Positions 47,284-57,134 of a stretch of 64,000 nucleotides of DNA are shown piece by piece. The notes beneath the pieces were generated by a model. The model saw only the letters and a program-made list of their open reading frames with translations, was not told the DNA's origin and ran no database searches. Position 1 is the stretch's first letter, and every line of letters begins with the position of its first letter. This stretch comes from Bdellovibrionales bacterium (GTDB lineage Bacteria > Bdellovibrionota > Bdellovibrionia > Bdellovibrionales > UBA1609). The DNA is taken from assembly GCA_041690295.1 (NCBI GenBank), contig JAWLHR010000005.1, positions 1 to 64,000 on the forward strand. Direction: 5' to 3'. The position numbers were made by a program, and so were the translations under genes.

Positions 47284-47544
47284 ATGAACCTCATGGAAAA
47301 TCAAAAGCGACCCGAAGACCAAAACGAAGAAGATGAATACAAAGATCAGTACAAGGACGACACCGAAGTTGACGTGAATTTTGAAGGGGGAATGGCCACC
47401 GAGTTTCTAGATGATGAACTCATCCAGGACCACGAGTTCAAAAAAGAAGACTTTGAAGAACCTCAGGATGAGGACAAGAAGTTTGAAGAACCGGTGCAGG
47501 CCGATCCCCGAAGTCCCGAGGCGGATCGACCTGATTACAGTTGA
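47284..47544 (+). CDS. Small highly acidic hypothetical protein
   Basis: AGGAGG RBS; D/E-rich; internal FEEP repeat. Confidence 0.7.
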   Translation: MNLMENQKRPEDQNEEDEYKDQYKDDTEVDVNFEGGMATEFLDDELIQDHEFKKEDFEEPQDEDKKFEEPVQADPRSPEADRPDYS

Positions 47545-47550
47545 AGTGTT

Positions 47551-48375
47551 TTAAGTGGCGGGACTTTCCCTTAAGGCGCGATCGTCCGCCATGCTCAATG
47601 GTTCCCGCAAATTGTAGTTGGCACCAAAGGCACCGCCCGCCATTCCGGCAAGACTGCCGAAGAGAATTGCCAGTGTCAGCGTCCAGCCCGCGCTTCTTAA
47701 AGTCTTGGCCATCGCCAGCGCCGCCTGAGTCATCGCCTCATTGAATCGGGCTTTGAATTGATCCAGTCGAGCCCGGGCTTCGGCCTGACTGAGGCCGGCC
47801 TGATGGGCCAAATAGCTGACGGCCGAGTCCTCGTCTCCTCGAAGAAGCCTTGAGCCAACACCTTGCACGACTTGGGGAAGGGGAGACTTGAGCTGTAAAT
47901 CGCCGATGGCGTCTTCAATCACGTCCTGACCGATTTGTGTGTTCATCGCGGATGAGCCCATGGTGATCGCGGCCGAGCTGATTCCTCCGCCGAGCGCTCC
48001 CATGAGAAGTCCCATTTGTGTGAACATTAAAGCGAAGAACAAGCTCGCGATGACAAGCCCTTGGATTCGTCCGACCCGGGTGGAGATCATCCCCGCCACT
48101 CGGCCGCTCACGTGCCCACCGAAGAAAAGCGCCACGATCGCCGCGACGATCGTCCACAAGGCCGCGCCGATACCCAATCCCGCCAGTCCATCACGGTTTT
48201 GAACAATATCGTAAAGACTGCGACCACCGAAAGCGAGTCCAAGAGACATTAAACCAACATAGACGATCATCGTCACAAAAAGCCCTGAAAAGATCGCGGG
48301 CCAACATATGGTTGATTGTCCAACCGATTGCACGCGCTCGTCGCCCGAGATGAATGAGTTTCTTCTTTCCGCCAT
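47551..48375 (-). CDS. Conserved membrane protein (YrzE/TIGR04086-like N-terminus)
   Basis: WPAIFSG, LGLAFG, ALFFGG.V.GR; C-terminal TM; GGAG RBS. Confidence 0.7.
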   Translation of the reverse strand: MAERRNSFISGDERVQSVGQSTICWPAIFSGLFVTMIVYVGLMSLGLAFGGRSLYDIVQNRDGLAGLGIGAALWTIVAAIVALFFGGHVSGRVAGMISTRVGRIQGLVIASLFFALMFTQMGLLMGALGGGISSAAITMGSSAMNTQIGQDVIEDAIGDLQLKSPLPQVVQGVGSRLLRGDEDSAVSYLAHQAGLSQAEARARLDQFKARFNEAMTQAALAMAKTLRSAGWTLTLAILFGSLAGMAGGAFGANYNLREPLSMADDRALRESPAT

Positions 48376-48408
48376 ATATTCTCCTTCTCCTGCGTTCGGC
48401 TTTTATGA

Positions 48409-48424
48409 AGCAATCTTCGGGCCT
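48409..48424 (-). promoter_or_regulatory. Sigma-54-like promoter
   Basis: AGGCCCGAAGATTGCT, GG-N10-GC. Confidence 0.5.
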
Positions 48425-48619
48425 TGGAAGACTGTACATCTAATGCGGAGTGCCCGACTGTTTAATGCCCCGACACTTAAATAATTTTTACAGATGGGAA
48501 TTCGGTCTAAAGAAACAACTCAGGTAAAAAATTTTTGTTTATTCATAAATATTATTGTGCACTACATCAAAATAGCATAAAAGCGAGTGAACATTCTATC
48601 CGATGGTGGTTGTTGTCTT

Positions 48620-50998
48620 ATGTGGATGAATTGGTCGCGGGCCTTCCTGATCTCCGCCGCAACTCTCATTTCATGTGACCTGCTTTTACGACTGTTTGAT
48701 TTGGAGGTGCAAATCAGCGTTTTGATGATCCTCCTGCTGGCTGGTGCCGCCCTTTTAGACCTTTTCAATAACTGGGTGAGAACGATTGGCTTTGCGATAC
48801 TGGCTTTGACCGGATTCGCGGGCGCTTTTTTTCTGATTAACTTCCTGTTTCCTGTTTTGGGGCGGATGGTGCCTTTCATTGGCGACCCCTCGGCGCTGCA
48901 ATTAAATCCGGTGGACGCCACGATGGTTGTGTTCCTCGCCTCGGCGTTGATCGCGAATCGCTTACGGTCGGGATTACCTAAGGATGTACCTACGTCGTAT
49001 TACCTCGTGGTCCCCGCATTGCTTGCCTGCTTGCTGGCCGCCCTTGCTGGGATTTTTAATATCAGCGATCAGTCGGACATCGGGCCTTATGTTAACTCCG
49101 GTTGGCTTAATATTTTTACGGCCGCGGCGCTCAGTGGTCATATCCTTTTCGAACCACCGCTTCAGCGTCCGATGAGTGTTTTCGCCTCCACCTATGCCAC
49201 CGTGAGCTTGTCTCGTTACTTTACGCTCCTTTCGGCGATCATTCTTCTCGGCTTCGGATACATTTTTCTTAGAGCCTTTGAGTTGGGCTATATGGAACTG
49301 CGTTCCGCGGTGGTGGGATTTCTTTTTATTTCGGTTTCCCTGATCGGCGCCATGATGGCTCGTGGGGCTTGTTGGGCGCATAACTTGAACGTGGCTCGCG
49401 ATTTGGCGGTCCGCCGTCTAGAGGAAGCTTGGAAAGGCCGCGAAAGTTATTTCCGCAGCCTCATTGAGGATTCGCCGATCATTATTTACCTCACGGATAA
49501 AAACGTTTACTCCACATTCTTGAACCGGCATTGGGCTGAATACACGGGACAGTCGATTCCTCAGGCTCTAGGGCTTGGGTGGATCGATTGTGTTCATCCG
49601 ATGGATCGGGAGCGCGTACGAAAGAATACCACGGAATCAATCCTCAGGCGTATCGAGCCGTTTTCAGGGGAATATCGTTTGCGGCGTGCGGACGGCCAGT
49701 ACCGGTGGGTGATCGCCACTGGAATCCCGCGTTTTGATGATAAGAACCGCTTCATTGGTTATATGGGCCACATCATCGATGTGCACGACCACAAGGTGAA
49801 GCAAGATCTTTTGATTAAGGACAAGAAGAACGCCGAGCTTTCCAGTCAAATTAAATCGCAGTTCCTCGCCAACATGTCTCACGAGATCAGAACTCCTCTT
49901 AATGCGATTCTCGGTTTCGCGGATCTTTGTACGGACGTGAGCTGCGGCGATTCGGAAAGACAAGAATATCTGAAACGAATCCGTTATAATGGCGACCATC
50001 TCTTGCGTTTGATTGATGATATCCTGGATCTTTCGAAGCTGGAGTCGGGCTCGGCGGTCGTGCAAAAGACGCAGTTTTCAATCGCCCGGGTCATGGAAGA
50101 AGCCATCAGTTCGTTACGGGCTTTGGCTTCACGCAAAGGTTTGTACTTGAAGTTAAATGTGGAACCTAGCATTCCGCCCGTGGTTTATTCCGACCCCCAC
50201 CGAATCAAGCAAATTGTGAATAACCTTGTGGGTAACGCGATTAAGTTCACCTCGGTCGGTGGAGTCCGCGTGACGGTCAGTTCCTGCTCCAGTCACGTGT
50301 TCATTGAAATCACCGATACCGGGATCGGGCTGACCTCGGAACAGCGGGCGAATTTGTTCAAGCCGTTCTCTCAAGGCGATGGGTCTGTCACCAGAAAGTT
50401 CGGTGGTACGGGATTGGGCCTTCACCTCTCGAAAAAGGTCGCGCAATCGATCGGCGGGGATGTGGAATTGAAATCCAGTGAAATCGGTGTGGGAAGCACC
50501 TTCATATTTACAATCGATGCCGGAAATATTCAGGAACGCGCGCCGGTGATGACTCAATTGATGAGCCGCGCTTCTGTCCCGCGCGCGGCCGCGCGCCCCC
50601 GCAGTGAGGCTCGATTCTTAGGAAAGAAAATTCTCCTGGCCGAAGATTCGGTCGATAGCAAGGAGTTGATCGACATTTACTTCCGTTCCACCGGCGCGCA
50701 GTTGATTTTCGCTGAAAACGGCGAGGAAGCGGTGGCGCTGGCGTTGAGGGAAAATCCTGATTTGATCCTGATGGACGTGCAGATGCCGGAAATGGACGGT
50801 CTGGAAGCCACTCGACAACTTCGCTCGCGCGGCTTTGACCGTCCGATCGTGGCGTTGACAGCCCATGCTCTGCAAGATGAAGTGGACCGTTCGTTTGAGG
50901 CTGGCTGTAATTTTCATCTGACCAAACCAGTCATGAAAGACATATTGCTATCGCTTGTCGCCGATTTGTTAAGTCACAAGCCGGCGATGCATGTTTAA
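48620..50998 (+). CDS. Membrane hybrid sensor histidine kinase (TM-PAS-HisKA-HATPase-REC)
   Basis: PAS (WIDCVHP.DR, YRLRRADGQYRW), FLANMSHEIRTPL, NAIKFT, DTGIG, GGTGLGL, LMDVQMP; start uncertain. Confidence 0.95.
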   Translation: MWMNWSRAFLISAATLISCDLLLRLFDLEVQISVLMILLLAGAALLDLFNNWVRTIGFAILALTGFAGAFFLINFLFPVLGRMVPFIGDPSALQLNPVDATMVVFLASALIANRLRSGLPKDVPTSYYLVVPALLACLLAALAGIFNISDQSDIGPYVNSGWLNIFTAAALSGHILFEPPLQRPMSVFASTYATVSLSRYFTLLSAIILLGFGYIFLRAFELGYMELRSAVVGFLFISVSLIGAMMARGACWAHNLNVARDLAVRRLEEAWKGRESYFRSLIEDSPIIIYLTDKNVYSTFLNRHWAEYTGQSIPQALGLGWIDCVHPMDRERVRKNTTESILRRIEPFSGEYRLRRADGQYRWVIATGIPRFDDKNRFIGYMGHIIDVHDHKVKQDLLIKDKKNAELSSQIKSQFLANMSHEIRTPLNAILGFADLCTDVSCGDSERQEYLKRIRYNGDHLLRLIDDILDLSKLESGSAVVQKTQFSIARVMEEAISSLRALASRKGLYLKLNVEPSIPPVVYSDPHRIKQIVNNLVGNAIKFTSVGGVRVTVSSCSSHVFIEITDTGIGLTSEQRANLFKPFSQGDGSVTRKFGGTGLGLHLSKKVAQSIGGDVELKSSEIGVGSTFIFTIDAGNIQERAPVMTQLMSRASVPRAAARPRSEARFLGKKILLAEDSVDSKELIDIYFRSTGAQLIFAENGEEAVALALRENPDLILMDVQMPEMDGLEATRQLRSRGFDRPIVALTAHALQDEVDRSFEAGCNFHLTKPVMKDILLSLVADLLSHKPAMHV

Positions 50999-51045
50999 TT
51001 AGAATCGCGCTGGACAGCACCGGGTACGAAACATATCTTGGCATC

Positions 51046-51669
51046 ATGAATCGGACGTGGACCGTATCCCTGATTTTATTGATTAACGTGGTGGTATTCA
51101 TCGCGTGGTTGACCCCTTCGATCGAACATTTCCGATTCATGGAACGCAATTTCACCGTTAGCTGGATTGGTTTGGCCGATGGACGATATTGGACCATTTT
51201 GACTTCGGTGTTTTCTCACAACATGCTTCTCCACCTATTAGTGAACATGTTTGTTCTGCAAAGCTTTGGATCGATTCTGGAGCGATACCTGGGCGCATGG
51301 ACTTTTCTCAAATTTTATTTGTTGGCGGGGATCGTGGGATCAACAACTCACGCTTTGCTATCGAATTTCTACCTGGGATTGCCGGAGCAGGCGGCGCTTG
51401 GAGCTTCGGGCGCCATCGCGGGATTGGTGCTTCTGTTTTCAATGTTGTTCCCACGGGAGAAAATTCTTTTATTCGCCATCATTCCAATGCCGGCGATCGT
51501 CGGGGCCATATTATTCATTGGGCTTGATATCTGGGGCTTAACCGCGCAAGCGAAAGGTGGCGGGCTTCCCATTGGACACGGCGCTCACTTGGGTGGCGCC
51601 GCCTGCGGTATTATTTATTATTTTCGTGCTCTTCGCGGCCGCCGTCGTCACGCCCGCGTTTATTATTGA
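51046..51669 (+). CDS. Rhomboid intramembrane serine protease
   Basis: TSVFSH, HLLVNM, GASGA, AHLGG. Confidence 0.93.
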   Translation: MNRTWTVSLILLINVVVFIAWLTPSIEHFRFMERNFTVSWIGLADGRYWTILTSVFSHNMLLHLLVNMFVLQSFGSILERYLGAWTFLKFYLLAGIVGSTTHALLSNFYLGLPEQAALGASGAIAGLVLLFSMLFPREKILLFAIIPMPAIVGAILFIGLDIWGLTAQAKGGGLPIGHGAHLGGAACGIIYYFRALRGRRRHARVYY

Positions 51670-51673
51670 ATAC

Positions 51674-51979
51674 CTACAGGAAGCGGATCATTTCACAGGT
51701 CACGGTGGCCTTTTTATCGAGCAGGTTCCGCTTCATTTCGTCCGTCAGGTACTGATTTTCGTTGTAGTTGTACCAAGGCAGATCTTTCGCCGTAAGGCAT
51801 TCCTCATCCGTTGACATAAAGGCGGCCAGCGTGGGTTTTTCGGAAAGCCAGGAGCAGAGAACGTAGGCATAGGAATCGGGCGCACAGGGCACGTAGCGGC
51901 ATTCACAAAGGCCACCCGCATAAATAGAACTTGAGAAAAAAACTAAGGCCAAGCTTGGCAGAAATTTTAAGATTTTCAC
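51674..51979 (-). CDS. Small secreted six-Cys protein
   Basis: Signal peptide; CEC...C...C...C...C; GGGG RBS. Confidence 0.6.
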   Translation of the reverse strand: MKILKFLPSLALVFFSSSIYAGGLCECRYVPCAPDSYAYVLCSWLSEKPTLAAFMSTDEECLTAKDLPWYNYNENQYLTDEMKRNLLDKKATVTCEMIRFL

Positions 51980-52128
51980 TGAATCCCCCGTGTGATCGGT
52001 GACTTGGCTTTAATCCAGAACCCCATGCCTGTCCAGATATGAGGTCAAAAATGTAAAATTACCCGATCCAATTTGCGGCGAACCAGCCAAGTGCTATAAC
52101 CGACATGGTTCATTTTCCGGGGGGAATC

Positions 52129-53376
52129 ATGAAACAAATACGCGTGTTTCTGGCCGGCTTGCTTGCCGGTTGGGCCTTTTCCGCTGCGTCCGCGGAGTAT
52201 TCTTGGGAAGTGGTGCCGATCGTACCTGAATGTGAGTCGGGTGTTTTTTGCGAACGAGAGGAAGTGCCCCTTCAGTTGGAAAAAGCCGGAATTGTCAAAA
52301 GAATCGAAAACATGATCGATCGGGCGGTTGAAAACAACGGCCAAATCAGTCTCGCCTTCATGTCGTTCACTGAACCCGCGCTTTATGAGGCGCTCTGCCG
52401 GGCGGGCCGTAAAGGTATTGCCATTGAAGGCTTTTTTCACGGCAAAGCCGGTCCACCGAAAGGTTTGGCTTACCGCTTGGAAACCAATTGCCAAGGTGGC
52501 CCCCGGCGGAAGAACGTGAAAATGCATTATATGGGGATGCCGGTCTCAGGCAAATCCGGTTGGCGCCTTCATCACAACAAATACTTTTTGGTTGAAACGG
52601 AAAAAGAAGTGGAAATCGGCTTTGGAAGCGCGAATCTTTCCACTCAGGGACTTTCGGTCAATTTTGAAAATTGGAATTTCGTGAGTGGACCGAAAACGAC
52701 GCCTTTTATTCAAGACTATTTGTGTAATGTGCAAGCCATGCGCAAGGCCCGTAAAGCCGGTCGGGCTGAGGATGATCCAAAGGTCTTTCGCAAAACTCTT
52801 GATAGCTGTCTGACAACCGCCGAGCTGACTCCCGAAGCCGTTGACCGGGTTTTGGAAGAAGAAGGGCTTGTGGCGCTTTTCGCGCCGGATGCCAAGGACC
52901 GCAATTTTACCGTGCTCGCGGATCAAATCCGCCGGGTGCGCGATGGCGGAAGAATCCGTATGGCGGTTTACTTTTTCATGCATAAACCGATCATCGACGA
53001 ACTGATCGCGGCCAGAAAACGCGGGGTTCAGGTGGAACTTCTCGTGGACGACGATATCTACAGCGGCGGTTCCATCCCCACCCAAAAACGAATTTGGGAC
53101 GCTCACCTTAAGCCGGAAAAATCAGGCTTTAAAGTGCGCGCCTTTGATACCAACGAAGCGCTTTTTCAACTTCAGCACAATAAATACGTGATCTTCGAGG
53201 ATGTGGATTATCCGGGTCGCGTGAGGGTTTTCGGTGGAGCCGGACAATTCACGGTCTCCGCGTTCAAGGTGAATTATGAAAATTTCTTCTTGGCGGAAAA
53301 TCCCGTGATCGTTGAGCCTTATCAGGAACTTTTCGATCGGCTTTGGTCGATGGCTTCGGACGTATCCAGCCACTAA
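52129..53376 (+). CDS. Secreted phospholipase D/nuclease superfamily protein, two HKD-like domains
   Basis: HNKYFLVE...GSANLS...NFEN and HNKYVIFE...GAGQFT...NYEN; signal peptide. Confidence 0.85.
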   Translation: MKQIRVFLAGLLAGWAFSAASAEYSWEVVPIVPECESGVFCEREEVPLQLEKAGIVKRIENMIDRAVENNGQISLAFMSFTEPALYEALCRAGRKGIAIEGFFHGKAGPPKGLAYRLETNCQGGPRRKNVKMHYMGMPVSGKSGWRLHHNKYFLVETEKEVEIGFGSANLSTQGLSVNFENWNFVSGPKTTPFIQDYLCNVQAMRKARKAGRAEDDPKVFRKTLDSCLTTAELTPEAVDRVLEEEGLVALFAPDAKDRNFTVLADQIRRVRDGGRIRMAVYFFMHKPIIDELIAARKRGVQVELLVDDDIYSGGSIPTQKRIWDAHLKPEKSGFKVRAFDTNEALFQLQHNKYVIFEDVDYPGRVRVFGGAGQFTVSAFKVNYENFFLAENPVIVEPYQELFDRLWSMASDVSSH

Positions 53377-53389
53377 CGAGGGGGATGTT

Positions 53390-54061
53390 GTGAAATTCGG
53401 TCGCTGGCTTTTTATTCCATTGGTGATCCTTGTGTTGGTCGCGGTGGCGGCATTTTTGGGGTCCGAATCAAGCGAAAAAAGCGGACACAAGATTTCAACC
53501 TCGCCTCAACCGGGATCTGAAGAACACCAAGTGGACCCATCTTCATCGAGCGACGATCGTGTGGAAACCGCCGGAACGGTTCAGGATGAACAAAAATTGG
53601 TGGATCCCGAGTTTCAGGCGTGGATCGTGAACGAAGCTAAGAGCATTGATGCCGTGAATGTCGATAGCGCCAAAAAGGAGCGGGAACTTCAGGCGAAAAT
53701 CGCCAGTCTGACTCCGCGTCAGGCGGATTTGCTTCTCCAGATCGCGCGTAATCCTCAGGCGCCCGCTCGCGAAAAAATTCTTTCAACATATATGCTCATC
53801 GGGGCGGGCGAACTCGCGCAAAGACAGCTCGCGGAACTCGCGGCCACGCCGTTGGAGGATTTCGGTCCCAGAGAACCTCATAGTGAAGCGGAGATGAAGG
53901 GCGTTCGCGATAAGTCGTTAAGGATCATGGCCATCGACGGACTCTTCGCGCGAGCCAAAATCGATCCGAAGGCACGAACGGAATTGGCGCGAGCCATCGC
54001 GCGAATTTCAGATCCGTTCCTGAAAAAATACGCTGAGGATAAACTTCGGCAACTGAATTAA
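53390..54061 (+). CDS. Membrane-anchored helical hypothetical protein
   Basis: N-terminal TM, linker, HEAT-like helices; GAGGGG RBS before GTG. Confidence 0.65.
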   Translation: MKFGRWLFIPLVILVLVAVAAFLGSESSEKSGHKISTSPQPGSEEHQVDPSSSSDDRVETAGTVQDEQKLVDPEFQAWIVNEAKSIDAVNVDSAKKERELQAKIASLTPRQADLLLQIARNPQAPAREKILSTYMLIGAGELAQRQLAELAATPLEDFGPREPHSEAEMKGVRDKSLRIMAIDGLFARAKIDPKARTELARAIARISDPFLKKYAEDKLRQLN

Positions 54062-54065
54062 CCGT

Positions 54066-54542
54066 CTACAACTTGCCCCACACAAAAATCTGCAGCCGGG
54101 GAAGCTCGCCGGTGATTTTGACCGGACGGAGTGAGATCTCTTGTCCGGGGAAAAAGCTGAGTCCCGGACCTTGGCAGCTGTAAGTGAAATCCCACCAACC
54201 CAGCACTTCATTTTGGTTGGTGATGAGAACGGAATAGAGATTATAGGGAAGGCTGACTCCATCAAACGCGGGATCGAAACGAAACGTCACCGTTAATTGT
54301 CCCTGATTGATTTCGGCCCAGACCTGGACGTTGGTCAGGAAAGCTTCGGGGCCATGCCGGCTGGACAAGTTGCGGACCAATTCATCGGAATGCAACGAGG
54401 TGGGCTGCCAAAGAATCTGCGCGGAAGTGTGGTCGGGCAAACACGAACGATCCGCGGCGTGAAGGCTCTGGGAAGATAATAATGCGACCAATGTCGCGAT
54501 CAAGATACCCACCATGGTCTGAAGATCGGGTCTTTTAGCCAA
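54066..54542 (-). CDS. Secreted hypothetical protein
   Basis: Signal-like segment, beta-rich domain with two Cys. Confidence 0.6.
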   Translation of the reverse strand: MAKRPDLQTMVGILIATLVALLSSQSLHAADRSCLPDHTSAQILWQPTSLHSDELVRNLSSRHGPEAFLTNVQVWAEINQGQLTVTFRFDPAFDGVSLPYNLYSVLITNQNEVLGWWDFTYSCQGPGLSFFPGQEISLRPVKITGELPRLQIFVWGKL

Positions 54543-54604
54543 AGCCTTAAGTCCGGTTTTGCGGAATCAAAGAGTTAATCAAATCCGCCGAATAACTCTA
54601 TGGG

Positions 54605-55513
54605 ATGAGTGCGCCAAAAATACTCCTTTATTTACACCATGTTGAGCTGGGCCAGCGATATCCGGTTTCGGAATCTGAAGTCATCATTGGTCGTAGCTCG
54701 GGCGACATTCTTTTCTCCAAAGATGAACGGCTCTCCGCCAAGCATTGTCGGATCGCTTATGACACCGAGACCAGTCAATTGATGATCCAGGATCTTGGTT
54801 CCTCGAATGGAACACTGGTTGACGGCAGAATCCTTTCGCCGCAGAAAAAGTACCCCATCCGCGACGGAACAATGATTTCCGTCGGCAACCAGGTCTTCCG
54901 CTGCGTCGAGCTCTCCAAACCGCGCGTCATCGAAATGATGAGGCAGCAGAAAAAGAAAAAGAGGAAGAAGCGGCGAAAGTCGGCTTTTCCGGATCTCACG
55001 CCGATTTTCTTTTTGATGATGGTCGCCGCCGCCGGCTGGCTCATCATGCAAGTCAAACCGGTGGCCTGGTTTGGACTTATCGAGCGGGTGAAGCCAGCCG
55101 TTCAATCGCTTTCGCTGACACCCTTAAAATCGCCGTTCGAGATGGTTTATAAAGAGGTTCAAGAAGCCAATGCCGAATACACCCGGGTGGGGAGTGACTT
55201 TCAATCCGGCAAGCTGAACGACAAGCAATTGTCAGAGGAAATCAGGAACAACCTCATCCCCAGATTCACCGCCGTGCAAACCAAGCTGAAAGTTCTTCGG
55301 CCCGGTAGCGAGCTGGAGCGACGAAGGATTGAAGCCAACTTAAAACTTGTGACTCTTTTACTGGCTCAAGTCAAAGCCATGGCGGGCTTCGCGGATACGA
55401 AGAATCCCAAGTATTCGAAGGAATTGGACGAGATCAGCAAACAATTGGAAGCGGCGAGCGCGGAAGCGCGCCGGTTGAACGAACGTCAACCGGCGGCCTC
55501 GGGTGCCAATTAG
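54605..55513 (+). CDS. FHA-domain membrane protein
   Basis: IGR, S.KH, DLGSSNGT; basic linker, TM, helical C-terminal domain. Confidence 0.88.
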   Translation: MSAPKILLYLHHVELGQRYPVSESEVIIGRSSGDILFSKDERLSAKHCRIAYDTETSQLMIQDLGSSNGTLVDGRILSPQKKYPIRDGTMISVGNQVFRCVELSKPRVIEMMRQQKKKKRKKRRKSAFPDLTPIFFLMMVAAAGWLIMQVKPVAWFGLIERVKPAVQSLSLTPLKSPFEMVYKEVQEANAEYTRVGSDFQSGKLNDKQLSEEIRNNLIPRFTAVQTKLKVLRPGSELERRRIEANLKLVTLLLAQVKAMAGFADTKNPKYSKELDEISKQLEAASAEARRLNERQPAASGAN

Positions 55514-56937
55514 AACAAGAGAGCGGAATGATCTCCGTCAAAGAACTCGACCATCTGATAAGGCGCGATCTCGTAAACCCGGCCATCCAGGCTGGTTTGC
55601 AGCGGTGTCGACGTCGAGCCCTGGATCTTGAATAACCGACCATCCGCGGTTAAGCCCACGACGGTGTCTCCCAGTTTGTGGATCCGCTTGTAGTTCTGAT
55701 CGAAGCTCACATTGCTGGGTCTCAGGAACGGACGCGTTCCCGTGCAGCCCAACTCATAAATGCGGCCCGATTGCATGACCAAGTGAATGGTTTTGGACCC
55801 CCGGTCATAACCGTTCGGATAAATCAGACTCGCGGCGATTTGTCCGCCATGATCCATTTCTGTTGTGGCGTCGGAGCGAGGATCGCAGCCGATGCGAGTG
55901 CTGCGCTTAAGGACCCGCGCCGACCACTGGGTGCCGAGATGAACATCAACCCACTCGGCTCTTTGTTGAGGCGTGGATGAATTGTATTCCGTGGAGATAT
56001 CGCCGGCTGTTTGCTGGATATCGCCTTCGTTGCGGGCGAAAACGTACTTCGATTTCAGCGTGCGATCTTCCGGATACAAAATCATATGGGATCCGCGCAT
56101 GACGATGCGGCCGAGAGCGGGCGTATTGCCGAGCTGTTCGGTTTCGATTCCGTTTTTCAAAGTGAGTGTGTGGAACTCACCTTGAGTTGTGAGCAACAAA
56201 AGTTGCGGTGTGCGGTGAATTTGCACGGGCGTATCGAAAGCTTCGTCGGCGTAAACAACCGCGTTCGCTCGTGAGTAGGCTTTCAATGCCGGATGAATAC
56301 CCTCGGCGTAGCGGGAAAGCTGGGCATAAGTTTCAACCGTCACCGCGTAGGATCCACCATCGGAAATCCGGTTGTCGCAAGCGCCCGATAATCCGGCGCG
56401 GGGACCGCGGCGGCAGGTGACGTGGGGAAATCCGTCGATGTGACGGGCTTCGTGCATCATCACGCTGGCGCGATCAAGCGCGGTGAAATCGTCCGAAAGC
56501 AGCATGGGGCAAACGTACATCGTCGTACCCCAGAAATAAACGTAAGCGCCGACACCTTTCGGGCAAGTGGCGGGAATCTGGAATTCATCGATTCGACCGA
56601 TGAAGTATTGATACCAGTCCGAAGCGAACCGGCCCGAGAAAAGTTCGTCCGCGCTTTCCGGCATGGGATTCGCGAACTGCGTTTTACGCATGAACATGAT
56701 TCCCGCGATCAAATGCGATTCGTGAGAACCATCAAAGCAGTACTCGCCTTTATTGGCTAGTTCTTGAAACTGCCTGAAATGCGTGGCGATGGTTTGCATT
56801 TCCGCCTGACTGACGCAGTTTTCGGTCACGCCAGGCTCGAAACCGGATGAAACCGGCATGAAATCGGCCAAAGCTCCTTGGCTCACAACGGCTGCCGCCA
56901 CAAAGGCGGCTGAACGCAATATTTGCTTGAAATTCAT
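55510..56937 (-). CDS. Secreted protein with HEARH zincin-like motif and beta-rich C-terminal domain
   Basis: Signal peptide; RASVMMHEARH..G.PH..C....ACD....GSY; GAGGGG RBS. Confidence 0.7.
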   Translation of the reverse strand: MNFKQILRSAAFVAAAVVSQGALADFMPVSSGFEPGVTENCVSQAEMQTIATHFRQFQELANKGEYCFDGSHESHLIAGIMFMRKTQFANPMPESADELFSGRFASDWYQYFIGRIDEFQIPATCPKGVGAYVYFWGTTMYVCPMLLSDDFTALDRASVMMHEARHIDGFPHVTCRRGPRAGLSGACDNRISDGGSYAVTVETYAQLSRYAEGIHPALKAYSRANAVVYADEAFDTPVQIHRTPQLLLLTTQGEFHTLTLKNGIETEQLGNTPALGRIVMRGSHMILYPEDRTLKSKYVFARNEGDIQQTAGDISTEYNSSTPQQRAEWVDVHLGTQWSARVLKRSTRIGCDPRSDATTEMDHGGQIAASLIYPNGYDRGSKTIHLVMQSGRIYELGCTGTRPFLRPSNVSFDQNYKRIHKLGDTVVGLTADGRLFKIQGSTSTPLQTSLDGRVYEIAPYQMVEFFDGDHSALLF

Positions 56938-57078
56938 ATGTGTCCCCCTCCATAGACCCCTAGAAAATAAAATCGCACCACGGCCTTTCCCCCGAATCCA
57001 CAAAAATCTTCTTAACTTTCCTTAAATTTTGTCTTTTTTGTGTTGGTGAGTGACCTTCATGATTCTAAATTAGCGACT

Positions 57079-57094
57079 TGGCAGGCACGTTGCC
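57079..57094 (+). promoter_or_regulatory. Sigma-54 promoter
   Basis: TGGCAGGCACGTTGCC, GG-N10-GC. Confidence 0.6.
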
Positions 57095-57134
57095 CGCTCG
57101 GTACTTACTAAATCCATCTGATTACTGAGGAAAT

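Noticed and set aside
50578..50602. GC palindrome CGCGCGGCCGCGCG
   Set aside because: It lies within the Ala/Arg/Pro linker codons of the hybrid kinase and is explained by coding
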